Origin: Phycisphaerales bacterium
GTDB lineage: Bacteria > Planctomycetota > Phycisphaerae > UBA1845
DNA: 64,000 nucleotides
Direction of reading: 5' to 3'
Assembly: GCA_020639095.1 (NCBI GenBank)
Contig: JACKHH010000005.1
Coordinates: 56,574-120,573, forward strand
Positions 57,401 through 64,000 of this stretch are shown here, piece after piece. Both the position numbers and the translations under genes were made by a program. The number at the start of each line of letters is the position of its first letter. Position 1 is the stretch's first letter. Below the pieces are notes generated by a model, which was not told the DNA's origin, did not search any database, and saw only the letters and a program-made list of their open reading frames with translations.

Positions 57401-57995
57401 GGAACTCGAAGAGTTGGAGGAACGTGAGGCGTTCCTTTCGGGTCAGCGCAACGACCTGGAGGATGCCCGCAAGCAGCTCGATACGCTGATTACGCAGCTC
57501 AATACCGAGTGCGAGAAGCGCTTCAGCGAGGCGTTCTACGCGATCCGCGACAACTTCCGCGAGCTGTTCCGCAAGCTCTTCGGCGGCGGAAAAGCCGACA
57601 TCATCCTGGAGAACCCCGACGATCCGCTGGAAACCGGCATTGAAATTCTCGCGCGTCCTCCGGGCAAGGAGTTGCAGAGCATCACTTTGATGAGCGGTGG
57701 CGAGAAGAGCATGACCGCGATCGCGCTGCTGATGAGTATCTTCCGCAGCCGGCCCAGTCCGTTCGCGATCCTCGACGAGGTGGACGCCGCGCTCGACGAA
57801 GCCAACAACGAGCGGTTCAACGGCATCATTCAGGAGTTCCTGGACCGCTCGCAGTTCATCGTCATTACGCACAGCAAGCGAACGATGAGCATCGGAGACC
57901 AGATGTACGGCGTCACCATGCAAGAGCCGGGCGTCTCCACCCGCGTAAGCGTGAAGTTCGAGACGAAAGAAAACGAAGCCAGCGCGGTGGCGTGA
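54414..57995 (+). CDS. smc: Chromosome segregation protein SMC
   Basis: GTG start. Walker A motif GPNGCGKSN, long coiled coils, central hinge, C-terminal LSGGEKS...ILDEVDAALD signature. Confidence 0.9.
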   Translation: MILKRVAMSGFKSFADRVEFEFAPGVTCIVGPNGCGKSNVVDAFKWVLGEQSARSLRGRQMLDMIFNGSSARKSAGMAQVDLIFGNEDRTLPIDRDEVSITRKLFRSGESEYMVCGEPSRLKDIREMFMDTGVGTTAYAVIEQGKVEGLLHSSPTERRVIFEEAAGISKYRARKKEAERKLGRTEQNLLRLADIVEEVEKRLRSVKLQAGKARNFQEYDQRLRELRASFAMAEYHRFSQALVSVQKLVDEANDEGSRLRTTIDQNEAKAAEFLGQSDALSEEIAACDNRLVNVRSEVSANEERVEAANKRIEEQQAALQRAQQRLTADEERSREQHAELDEVQEHAHALQEETHAQNSVIDELTGKEQTLNRNLTQSQAVLEDEKAGIFDLLRRTSQLHNEITSLAQHSENLSDQKGRLSERDAAISTELEQIITRRSALDGKLREVEDLIERDTQRLEEKKEAARIVDAERAEYTEQLAEAKEARSALMSRRQVLQDLQKRMDGVGAGVRQILDRKLLTEGEAAMEAVYGLVADAFETDVPRAHIVEAAIGDHDQHLVVRESAAFLADPGLLANLPERTTILCLDRLPQSEPCADFSDQPGFVAPAQSFVRYTETLEPLARALLGKTIVVDTLANALAMSAVDPGGHRFVTLDGEVVEPDGRVRIGPPHSSAGLISRRTELRSIDVQLSELGARIDELADALNRSSAQNLHLEQVQQELRTAIYELHTARVETRAALQSIEESIRRLTSEQPLIAGEVASIEQELAEAAARSSQTQTSLVELEQSSKEREAHVASLQEEIAALVIERDAIAVKLTEARVAAGQLMEKRAAAAETINALRRSIRTAEEAVEAAQHEIEDCKARIEESTAAIATSRERLAELQETLTQVENEGRELRRRREELRSAMEELASATRELRRNLGEAEQRLHEQQMALQEAKIHRDELIARVRDELELDLAQMYESYEHADQDWQAVEDEIAELRQKIQRLGNINLDAITELEELEEREAFLSGQRNDLEDARKQLDTLITQLNTECEKRFSEAFYAIRDNFRELFRKLFGGGKADIILENPDDPLETGIEILARPPGKELQSITLMSGGEKSMTAIALLMSIFRSRPSPFAILDEVDAALDEANNERFNGIIQEFLDRSQFIVITHSKRTMSIGDQMYGVTMQEPGVSTRVSVKFETKENEASAVA

Positions 57996-58238
57996 CGAAC
58001 AACGGCTTGAACCGCCAAGACTCCAAGACGCCAAGGACAGATGGTGTCTTGGTGACGAGTGACGAGTGACGAGTGACGAAGGCGAGACGCCGGCCTGAAC
58101 TCGCGACGTGCGACTTTTGACCTTCGACTTGCAACCTTTGACTTGCAACCCGTGATCTTCGATCAGCGACTTATCACCCAACAATGTTGTTCTTGGAGCC
58201 TTGGCGCCTTGGCGGTTCAATCCCGCAGTTAATCGTCC

Positions 58239-58634
58239 ATGAAAGAAAAATCCGAGTCGATTGCTGAGATCCGCGTGCGGTATGCCGAGTGCGACCCGAT
58301 GGGGTTGTTGCACCACGCGAAGTATTTTGAGTACCTGGAACTCGCGCGTACGGAACTCCTGCGGCAGCAGGGGATGAGTTACCGCGAGTGCGAGGAGCGG
58401 GGCGTGTACTTCGTCGTCGCCCGCTTCGAGATCCGCTACAAAGCCCCCATCCACTACGACGACGTGGTCACGATCCACACCACGGTCGACCGCATCACCC
58501 GCACCCGCGTAGACCACAGCTACCGCATGAGCGTGGGCAAAGTCCTCTGCACGGAAGCCAACTCCACCCTAGCCTGCGTAAGCCAAGAAGGCCGCCCAAT
58601 CCTCATGCCGGACAATCTGTGGCCAAACACGTAA
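58239..58634 (+). CDS. Acyl-CoA thioesterase, 4HBT/YbgC family
   Basis: The sequence VRYAECDPMGLLHHAKYFEYLELAR...YFVVARFEIRYKAP is typical of a hot-dog-fold thioesterase. Confidence 0.75.
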   Translation: MKEKSESIAEIRVRYAECDPMGLLHHAKYFEYLELARTELLRQQGMSYRECEERGVYFVVARFEIRYKAPIHYDDVVTIHTTVDRITRTRVDHSYRMSVGKVLCTEANSTLACVSQEGRPILMPDNLWPNT

Positions 58635-58701
58635 CACAGTACCTCGTGGGTTTTCTGGCGACTGAAGTAATAACAACTTGAACGGTAAGGAAGGTGTCGC
58701 G

Positions 58702-59390
58702 TCATCCCGTGGCGTCTGGTGAATCACGCTCCTGGCGATTGTGACTGAGGCGCTTAGAGATGAGCTCCGCCACTGCATCTGGGGTTCTTGTGCCAACATC
58801 GACATAACCATCGGTGGAGTAAAATCCAGGGATTTCGCAATCGTCGAACCGAAACGGCATGATCGAGCTCCCACGGCGTTTCTTGATGATGTCGAGTAGC
58901 GCCCGCCATTCCATTCTGCACCAGTCCTTGCGCTCGTAATCTGCGCATAGGAATACGACAACTAACTCGGACCTGTCGTGGTAGATCGATTGCAGGTAGG
59001 GTAGGAGGTCGATGCGAGCCAGTCGGTGCTCAAAGCGGCGATCGTAGAATACGTTCTCAGGCTTAAGGAATCGTTGCAGCGCTCTGTCGACTTCTTCCAC
59101 GAATTCTCTCTTTTCGCCAGGAAACGAAAGTGCGACGGCGAACTCGAAACCTCGCGATGTCGCCGCTTTGCTATCCGACTCGAGTAGAACCGTACCTGGT
59201 GGTTTGACACCTCCGCTGCCATCAGGACCTCCCGCGACAAGTGAGAATATGTGGTAGTCGACACCTGGTACTCTTGTTTCCTCCTCTGTGCCGTCTGGCA
59301 AGTATCTGCACTCAGTTGCGACCGTTCCTTCAAAATCCTGTTTGGCCAGTTCCCCTTCAGATGTCAGCCGTAATTCTATGAAATTGCCTA
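58702..59390 (-). pseudogene. C-terminal fragment of an IS-disrupted gene encoding a TIR-domain protein
   Basis: TIR-like core ALSFPGEKREFVEEV...VFYDRRFEHRLARIDLLPYL...ELVVVFLCADYERKDWCRMEW. On the minus strand, the reading frame is open from the IS5 boundary (59388) through to the stop at 58702. Confidence 0.65.
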
Positions 59391-60224
59391 GAACCTATCC
59401 CAGAACCTCTTTGAGTAGTAGTAATGTGCAGCCGAGATGAAGGAAGCCTTGGAACATCATAGTCGATTTCTCCCAGCGGATGCACAGCCGACGGTAGTGC
59501 TGAATCCATGCAATCGTGCGCTCCACCGTCCAGCGCCGTTTGTACCTGCGCAGTGCGCGGCTGTCCTGGGTCTTGTGTTTCTTCTTGCGGTTGCTTCGGT
59601 GCGGGGAGATCAACTCGATCCCCTGCGCATCCAACTCGGCATCGAGCGCGTCGCTGTCATAAGCCTTGTCACCAACGATGCGCTCGGGCGTTTCTTCGGT
59701 GAGCATGAAGTTGAACAGCCGCTGCACCAATTGGGATTCGTGCGGGCTGGCGGAAGTCGTGTCGACGGCGACCGGCAACCCCTTGGCATCGACCAAAACC
59801 ATTATTTTTACGCCTTTTCCTGCTTTCGTGCTGCCGATGCCATCACCGCCACCACGCGCCTTGCTGAAGGTGCCGTCGATATGACATTCATACAATCGAA
59901 AGCCGTCGCGCTCTTCAACTACACGACCGGCATCGCGCATGATGTTCTCGAAGACGCGACCCTCGACCCAGCGTTTGAACCAACGATGAACCGAACTCTT
60001 CGAGCCGAATCGCTTGGGGAGGTCTTTCCACTTCGCACCGTTGTCGAGAATCCAGAAGATACCTTGAACGGCATTGCGTTTGTCCACTGGTGGTCGTCCG
60101 CCCTTGGGGCTGGGCGTGTGATCGGGAATCCGTTCCACCAACCAGTCCAACTGTTCGTCCGTGAGTTTAAGCATGGCCACTTATAACATGACCATAATGG
60201 AAAACCAAGTAATGGGATAGGTTC
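59391..60224. mobile_element. IS5-family insertion sequence (about 834 bp) with terminal inverted repeats and a 2-bp TA target-site duplication
   Basis: Left end GAACCTATCCCA (59391-) and right end TGGGATAGGTTC (-60224) are inverted repeats. TA at 59389-59390 is duplicated at 60225-60226. A single DDE transposase ORF lies between them. Confidence 0.8.
59395..60180 (-). CDS. IS5-family DDE transposase
   Basis: 261 aa with the N-terminal HTH-like LTDEQLDWLVERIP and DDE-region sequence typical of the IS5/IS427 group. Confidence 0.85.
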   Translation of the reverse strand: MAMLKLTDEQLDWLVERIPDHTPSPKGGRPPVDKRNAVQGIFWILDNGAKWKDLPKRFGSKSSVHRWFKRWVEGRVFENIMRDAGRVVEERDGFRLYECHIDGTFSKARGGGDGIGSTKAGKGVKIMVLVDAKGLPVAVDTTSASPHESQLVQRLFNFMLTEETPERIVGDKAYDSDALDAELDAQGIELISPHRSNRKKKHKTQDSRALRRYKRRWTVERTIAWIQHYRRLCIRWEKSTMMFQGFLHLGCTLLLLKEVLG

Positions 60225-60226
60225 TA

Positions 60227-60536
60227 ATCTAAGATGTACCTTTGTATTCTGAAGCCCATTGATTCCAAGAAAATCGTTGACCTTTTGTCCGAGCACTCGC
60301 CCGAAATCGCCGGACACACGCCATACGGTATGGATGCACTCATTCCTGTCGTCGAGTGTAATTGTGACCGGCAGCCGCGCTTCGACAAACCCGCCCTTTA
60401 CCAGACGATCAATCGCTTTTTCATGAGTATTTGTTAGTCGATCCCATGCTAGTGGAGCCCAAGTACTTGGAAGCGTGAGTATCCAATAGCAAACCGCTCG
60501 TTCAAAAGGCGAAACATTTACCGGATCTTGAGCCAT
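60227..60536 (-). pseudogene. N-terminal fragment (103 codons) of the IS-disrupted TIR-domain gene
   Basis: In-frame with the 58702-59390 fragment once the IS and one TA copy are removed. The bridging codon TTA is reconstituted. Lies in a lower-GC patch (60227-60600). Confidence 0.6.
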
Positions 60537-60663
60537 AGCGCGACGGGATACTCCATGCTGAAGCTTTCGTCAAGCCAGCTTCATGGCACTCAATTGTCGC
60601 GCGCGATGCTGCGCCGCGGGCGGTGGAGATGCACAGTAATGGTCGATTGAGGTGGTGTGCTCG

Positions 60664-61302
60664 TCAGATCGTAATCGGCCGACCCGCCTTGATGTCTTCG
60701 ATCAGCTTCTGCACCTGCGGCCACTGGTCGGCGTAGGGGGCGACCAGGAAGGTGCGGAGCTTTTCCGCATCGAAGACCTCGAGCATCACCAACTGCGCGA
60801 AATCTGACACGTCTTGCAGGCGGCGCTGGGCGCGTTCTATGTTGATCATCGAGACGTACTTGGCAGCCGCGAGCGCTTCGGGGCTGGGGATCGCTCGCTC
60901 GTGATTGAGGATTTCCTTGAGCACTTCGTTGCTGCGGGCATCGAGGACGTCGAGCGCAAATCCCGGAAAACGCAATGCGGCGCCAAGGTTGTCGTGCTCG
61001 GCTTGGTGGTCCTTGGCCCATTTGCGGATTCGGACGAACGTCTGGCCACTGACAAGATAGTCTGTGTCCTCCGTGAATCGTGGCTTCGTGTAGTGCGCGA
61101 GTGCCTTGGCACCGATGAGGACGTGCTTGCCAGATTCGATCAACTCCACCAATTCATTACGTTCGGGCATTCGCTCTTTTTCCTCGCGCGCCGCGTATAC
61201 ACGTTCGACCATGGCTGAGACCATCTGGTCGGACGAGCTGGCTTGGGGACTTGGCCTGATCACGTTCCTATTGTACCCGATAGTGCGTGATCGCGCTTGC
61301 AC
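60664..61302 (-). CDS. Putative nucleotidyltransferase, AbiEii/DUF1814-like (abortive-infection / toxin-antitoxin-type)
   Basis: Motif HVLIGAKALAHYTKPRFTEDTDYLV resembles the GG.AL..y...R.S.DIDF nucleotidyltransferase signature of AbiEii-type proteins. Adjacent to the TIR gene remnant. Assignment is tentative. Confidence 0.4.
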   Translation of the reverse strand: MQARSRTIGYNRNVIRPSPQASSSDQMVSAMVERVYAAREEKERMPERNELVELIESGKHVLIGAKALAHYTKPRFTEDTDYLVSGQTFVRIRKWAKDHQAEHDNLGAALRFPGFALDVLDARSNEVLKEILNHERAIPSPEALAAAKYVSMINIERAQRRLQDVSDFAQLVMLEVFDAEKLRTFLVAPYADQWPQVQKLIEDIKAGRPITI

Positions 61303-61494
61303 TTCGTGACTTCCGTTCCGGACATCCGGACACTGAGTGCGTCGCCCGGTATCTGAGGATTTCTGGCTCGTGATTCACCAGATTTGCGGGTTTCTCGGCC
61401 TGCACTGCTCGACAGTTCCGGCACAGCGTGCTACGATATTTAAAAATAGTGACACGCGTCGTGTGATGCACGATATACCTTGAGGGCACAACCA

Positions 61495-62976
61495 ATGCTT
61501 CGTGTGTGGAAACTCTGCCTTGTCGGTCTTGCAATCGCCTGTTGCCCGGCTCTGGGGCATGAGATTGGTGGGGCGCCTGCCGTTGTGATTGATACCGATT
61601 TGGGGATCGATGATGCCGTGACTTTGGCGGCGGTATTGCAGAGTCCTGATTTTAATGTCGTCGGGGTTGTGGCCAGCGTGGGGGTGGCGGATGCCGAGAG
61701 CGGGGTGCGGCACCTGGAGCGGTTGCTGGATCGCTTCAACCGTGGCGACGTGCCGCTGTACGCACCCGCCAGTCGTGTTGGTCTGCCGGTCCCGCCGTTT
61801 CGATCGTTCGCACAGGCGGCATGGGACGAGGTGTTGCCGGGCGATGTTCCCGCGCGACACGTAGCATTCGATCCCCGCGCGTTTGCGCCGCGGACCGGCA
61901 AGGTCACCGTGCTTGCACTCGGGCCGCTCACCAACGTGGCGGCTGCCCTGACGGCTGAGCCCGAACTTGCCGAACGCATCGAGCGCATCGTGGTGGCTGG
62001 CGCGCCTGAGGGATGGAATTGCCAATTCGATCCCGACGCCTATCGTGCGGTGGTCGCATCAGGCGTCCCGGTCGTACACATCGAAGCCGGTGACTTCGGA
62101 CACAAGCCACTCGACTGGAGCGAAGGCGCCCTGGCAGGGCAGAAGCCGACGTCCATCGGCGCCAACTTCGTCCGCGATCTGCTCAGCGGCCCCGGCGTCC
62201 GCGATCACTATCTGACGGGCCTGGATCACCTGGGCGACGAACTTGCGCTGCTCTATCTCGTCGACCACGATGTCTTCAAACCAGTGGCCGACGCGAATCC
62301 GCCCGCATTCGTTCCCGTGAACGACACCTTCCCAGCCGAGGCGCTCCGCCGCTGCATCGAACGAGGTCGGCAACGCAAGGCGCGCGTCGTCTTCAGCGAG
62401 CACGCAGTCCCCGACATGATGCTTCAGCCGGACATCGTCGAACGGCGTGCACGTATCCTCGCGGCAAACGGTCCGGACGAGTGGTTTGCGCAGCTCCAGA
62501 TGAACGAACTGCACGACCACCTCGGTGCGTATTCGGTCATCGGCGTGAAGATGGGCCTGCGTGCGGCGGAGCTGCTCAATGCACCGCCACACAGCATCCG
62601 CGTGACGTCCTACGCGCCGCCCGCTCCGCCGGTGAGCTGCATCAATGACGGCATCATCGTCTCAACCGGCGCGACGCCGGGCAGGGCACTTTTCACGGCA
62701 GAGCCGAGCACCGACGGTCCGCTGCGTGTCGCGTTCGAGTACAACGACCGGCGGATCGTCCTCGCGCTCAAACCGGAATACGTCGGGAAGATCCGCGAGC
62801 AGATCAAAGCGCTTCTCGCCAAATACACGCTCGAAGACGCCGAGTACTGGTCCGGCGTGCGGCGCGCGGGCCTCGACATTTGGGAGAAGTGGCACCGCCG
62901 CGACCTCTTCAACGTCGTCGCGGTCGAGAATGTCGCAGGGCAAACATCGGCTGATCAGGCCGATCAACCCATGTAA
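61495..62976 (+). CDS. Secreted fusion protein: inosine-uridine-preferring nucleoside hydrolase domain plus C-terminal FmdE-like domain
   Basis: ATG at 61495 preceded by GAGGG. Signal MLRVWKLCLVGLAIACCPALG. IUNH aspartate cluster VVIDTDLGIDDAVTLAA. C-terminal HLGAYSVIGVKMGLRAAELL resembles the FmdE/FwdE family. Confidence 0.65.
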   Translation: MLRVWKLCLVGLAIACCPALGHEIGGAPAVVIDTDLGIDDAVTLAAVLQSPDFNVVGVVASVGVADAESGVRHLERLLDRFNRGDVPLYAPASRVGLPVPPFRSFAQAAWDEVLPGDVPARHVAFDPRAFAPRTGKVTVLALGPLTNVAAALTAEPELAERIERIVVAGAPEGWNCQFDPDAYRAVVASGVPVVHIEAGDFGHKPLDWSEGALAGQKPTSIGANFVRDLLSGPGVRDHYLTGLDHLGDELALLYLVDHDVFKPVADANPPAFVPVNDTFPAEALRRCIERGRQRKARVVFSEHAVPDMMLQPDIVERRARILAANGPDEWFAQLQMNELHDHLGAYSVIGVKMGLRAAELLNAPPHSIRVTSYAPPAPPVSCINDGIIVSTGATPGRALFTAEPSTDGPLRVAFEYNDRRIVLALKPEYVGKIREQIKALLAKYTLEDAEYWSGVRRAGLDIWEKWHRRDLFNVVAVENVAGQTSADQADQPM

Positions 62977-63404
62977 TCACGCATGGGGTGCACGCGGAGT
63001 GCGCTGCCGCAACCGTGGCCAGGATGCGGGAACAAAGGCACGCATTTGCGCTGATGCGTAAATCTTGACAGTGGGTGCGGGTTGGTTCATCATCACTCGG
63101 TAACGAGCAAGGGATGGGCGCGTTACGGGTCATTTGCGGCCCGTTTTTTTGTGCCCGGACGGCGAGGGAAGATGTTTGTTAATGTGACGGTGCTCGGAAG
63201 CAAGTAGGTGATGTACGAGTCGAGAACCCCGCTGAAGCGGGCTGCGAGAATTGCGCGCGGCATCCGTAACCGGGGCTAAAGCCCCGGCCTAGGCCGGCCC
63301 TTCAAGGCCGGTGAGAGATCGCTGCCCAATCCGCAATCGAGCCCGGTTCACCGGGCTTCTCGACCAGCCCAGGGTGAGGCCTGGCGATTTTATTGGGAAT
63401 TCTC

Positions 63405-64000
63405 ATGGCGATGAAGACTTCTCCGCACACGGCTGTTGTTGGTTTGGCTTGGGGTGACGAGGGCAAGGGCAAGATCGTTGACCTGCTCTGCGCGGACTAC
63501 GACATCGTCGTGCGCTACAACGGTGGAGCCAATGCCGGGCACACCGTCTGCATTGGCGACAAGAAGTTCGCATTGCACCTGCTGCCCGTTGGCGTGTTGC
63601 GCGAGGGCGTTGTCGGCGTAATCGGGCCGGGTGTGGTTGTCGATCCTGTTGCGCTCCTTGCGGAACTTGATGAACTCGCCCAACGCGGCATGGACGTGTC
63701 GAAGCGGTTGCGTATCAGCGATCGCGCCCATCTGGTGATGCCGTATCACAAGATCGAGGATCGTCTGCGCGAGGGCGGTGGAGCCGCTCAGAAGATCGGC
63801 ACGACCGCGCGCGGTATCGGCCCGTGTTATGCGGACAAGATGTTGCGATCACCTGCACTACGCGTCGCGGATTTGCTTGATTTGCAGGGCGTGGAGACGC
63901 GCGTGCGGAAGACTGTGGACGGCAAGCGGAGCATTTTCCAAGCCCGCTACGGCGACGATGGTGACCTCAACTTCGGTGAGATCTGGGCTGACATGCGCAT
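63405..64000 (+). CDS. purA: Adenylosuccinate synthetase, N-terminal part (continues beyond the window)
   Basis: GDEGKGKIVD P-loop, NAGHTV, and GTTARGIGPCYADK motifs. Confidence 0.9.
   Translation, partial: MAMKTSPHTAVVGLAWGDEGKGKIVDLLCADYDIVVRYNGGANAGHTVCIGDKKFALHLLPVGVLREGVVGVIGPGVVVDPVALLAELDELAQRGMDVSKRLRISDRAHLVMPYHKIEDRLREGGGAAQKIGTTARGIGPCYADKMLRSPALRVADLLDLQGVETRVRKTVDGKRSIFQARYGDDGDLNFGEIWADMR

Noticed and set aside
59919-60536. 205-aa minus-strand ORF spanning the IS right end
   Set aside because: Only the first 103 codons (60227-60536) are real coding sequence, the N-terminus of the disrupted TIR gene. The remainder is antisense read-through of the IS5 transposase.

Overview
This is a high-GC (about 60-65%) bacterial chromosomal window with very dense coding. 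By my reading of the ORF track, the first 25 kb is an accessory island built for extracellular or periplasmic electron transfer. A NrfC/NrfD-type iron-sulfur plus membrane module (552-2674) is followed by a 13-heme cytochrome (2671-3933) and a tetraheme cytochrome (4174-4848). A minus-strand operon at 5345-12128 encodes a roughly 700-aa outer-membrane beta-barrel, two NHL beta-propeller lipoproteins, a 12-heme cytochrome and a tetraheme cytochrome, with the same layout as porin-cytochrome conduits. Penta-heme and mono-heme lipoprotein cytochromes sit at 12405-13648. Three inner-membrane quinol-oxidase-like cytochromes occupy 17716-24940: an ImcH-like NapC/NirT-family protein with 9 CxxCH plus 1 CxxxCH sites, and two CbcL-like fusions of a multiheme c domain (19 and 11 CxxCH) to a diheme cytochrome b domain. 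A 1222-aa secreted GH16 multidomain glucanase with a dockerin-like tail (13843-17511) lies between these two cytochrome blocks. Genes from 25 kb to the end: SpmA/SpmB-like membrane pair, NlpC/P60 hydrolase, SPFH protein, rpmE, prfA, ATP-grasp ligase, HExxH peptidase, RsmC-like methyltransferase, two secreted TldD/PmbA paralogs, thiS-thiG, pdaD-speB, NhaC antiporter, Y1 (IS200/RAYT-like) transposase, enolase-family epimerase, VanZ-like protein, ParA-like ATPase, two PEP-CTERM proteins, smc, thioesterase, an IS5-family element, a nucleoside hydrolase-FmdE fusion, and partial folD and purA at the two ends. The IS5 element splits a TIR-domain gene, and an AbiEii-like nucleotidyltransferase lies beside it. 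Several unexplained repeat families recur in this part: paired 20-nt perfect palindromes with a fixed 32-nt spacer at two loci, a 35-nt element at three loci, a roughly 280-380-bp highly structured repeat with inverted blocks of a 9-mer tandem repeat flanking a parA/vanZ cassette, and GGCCTAGGCC hairpin elements. A 1.6-kb non-coding stretch (29.8-31.4 kb) carries a tRNA-like gene and many hairpins. No cas genes, rRNA or clear prophage genes are present. All domain and family calls are from motif recognition by eye, not from database searches.
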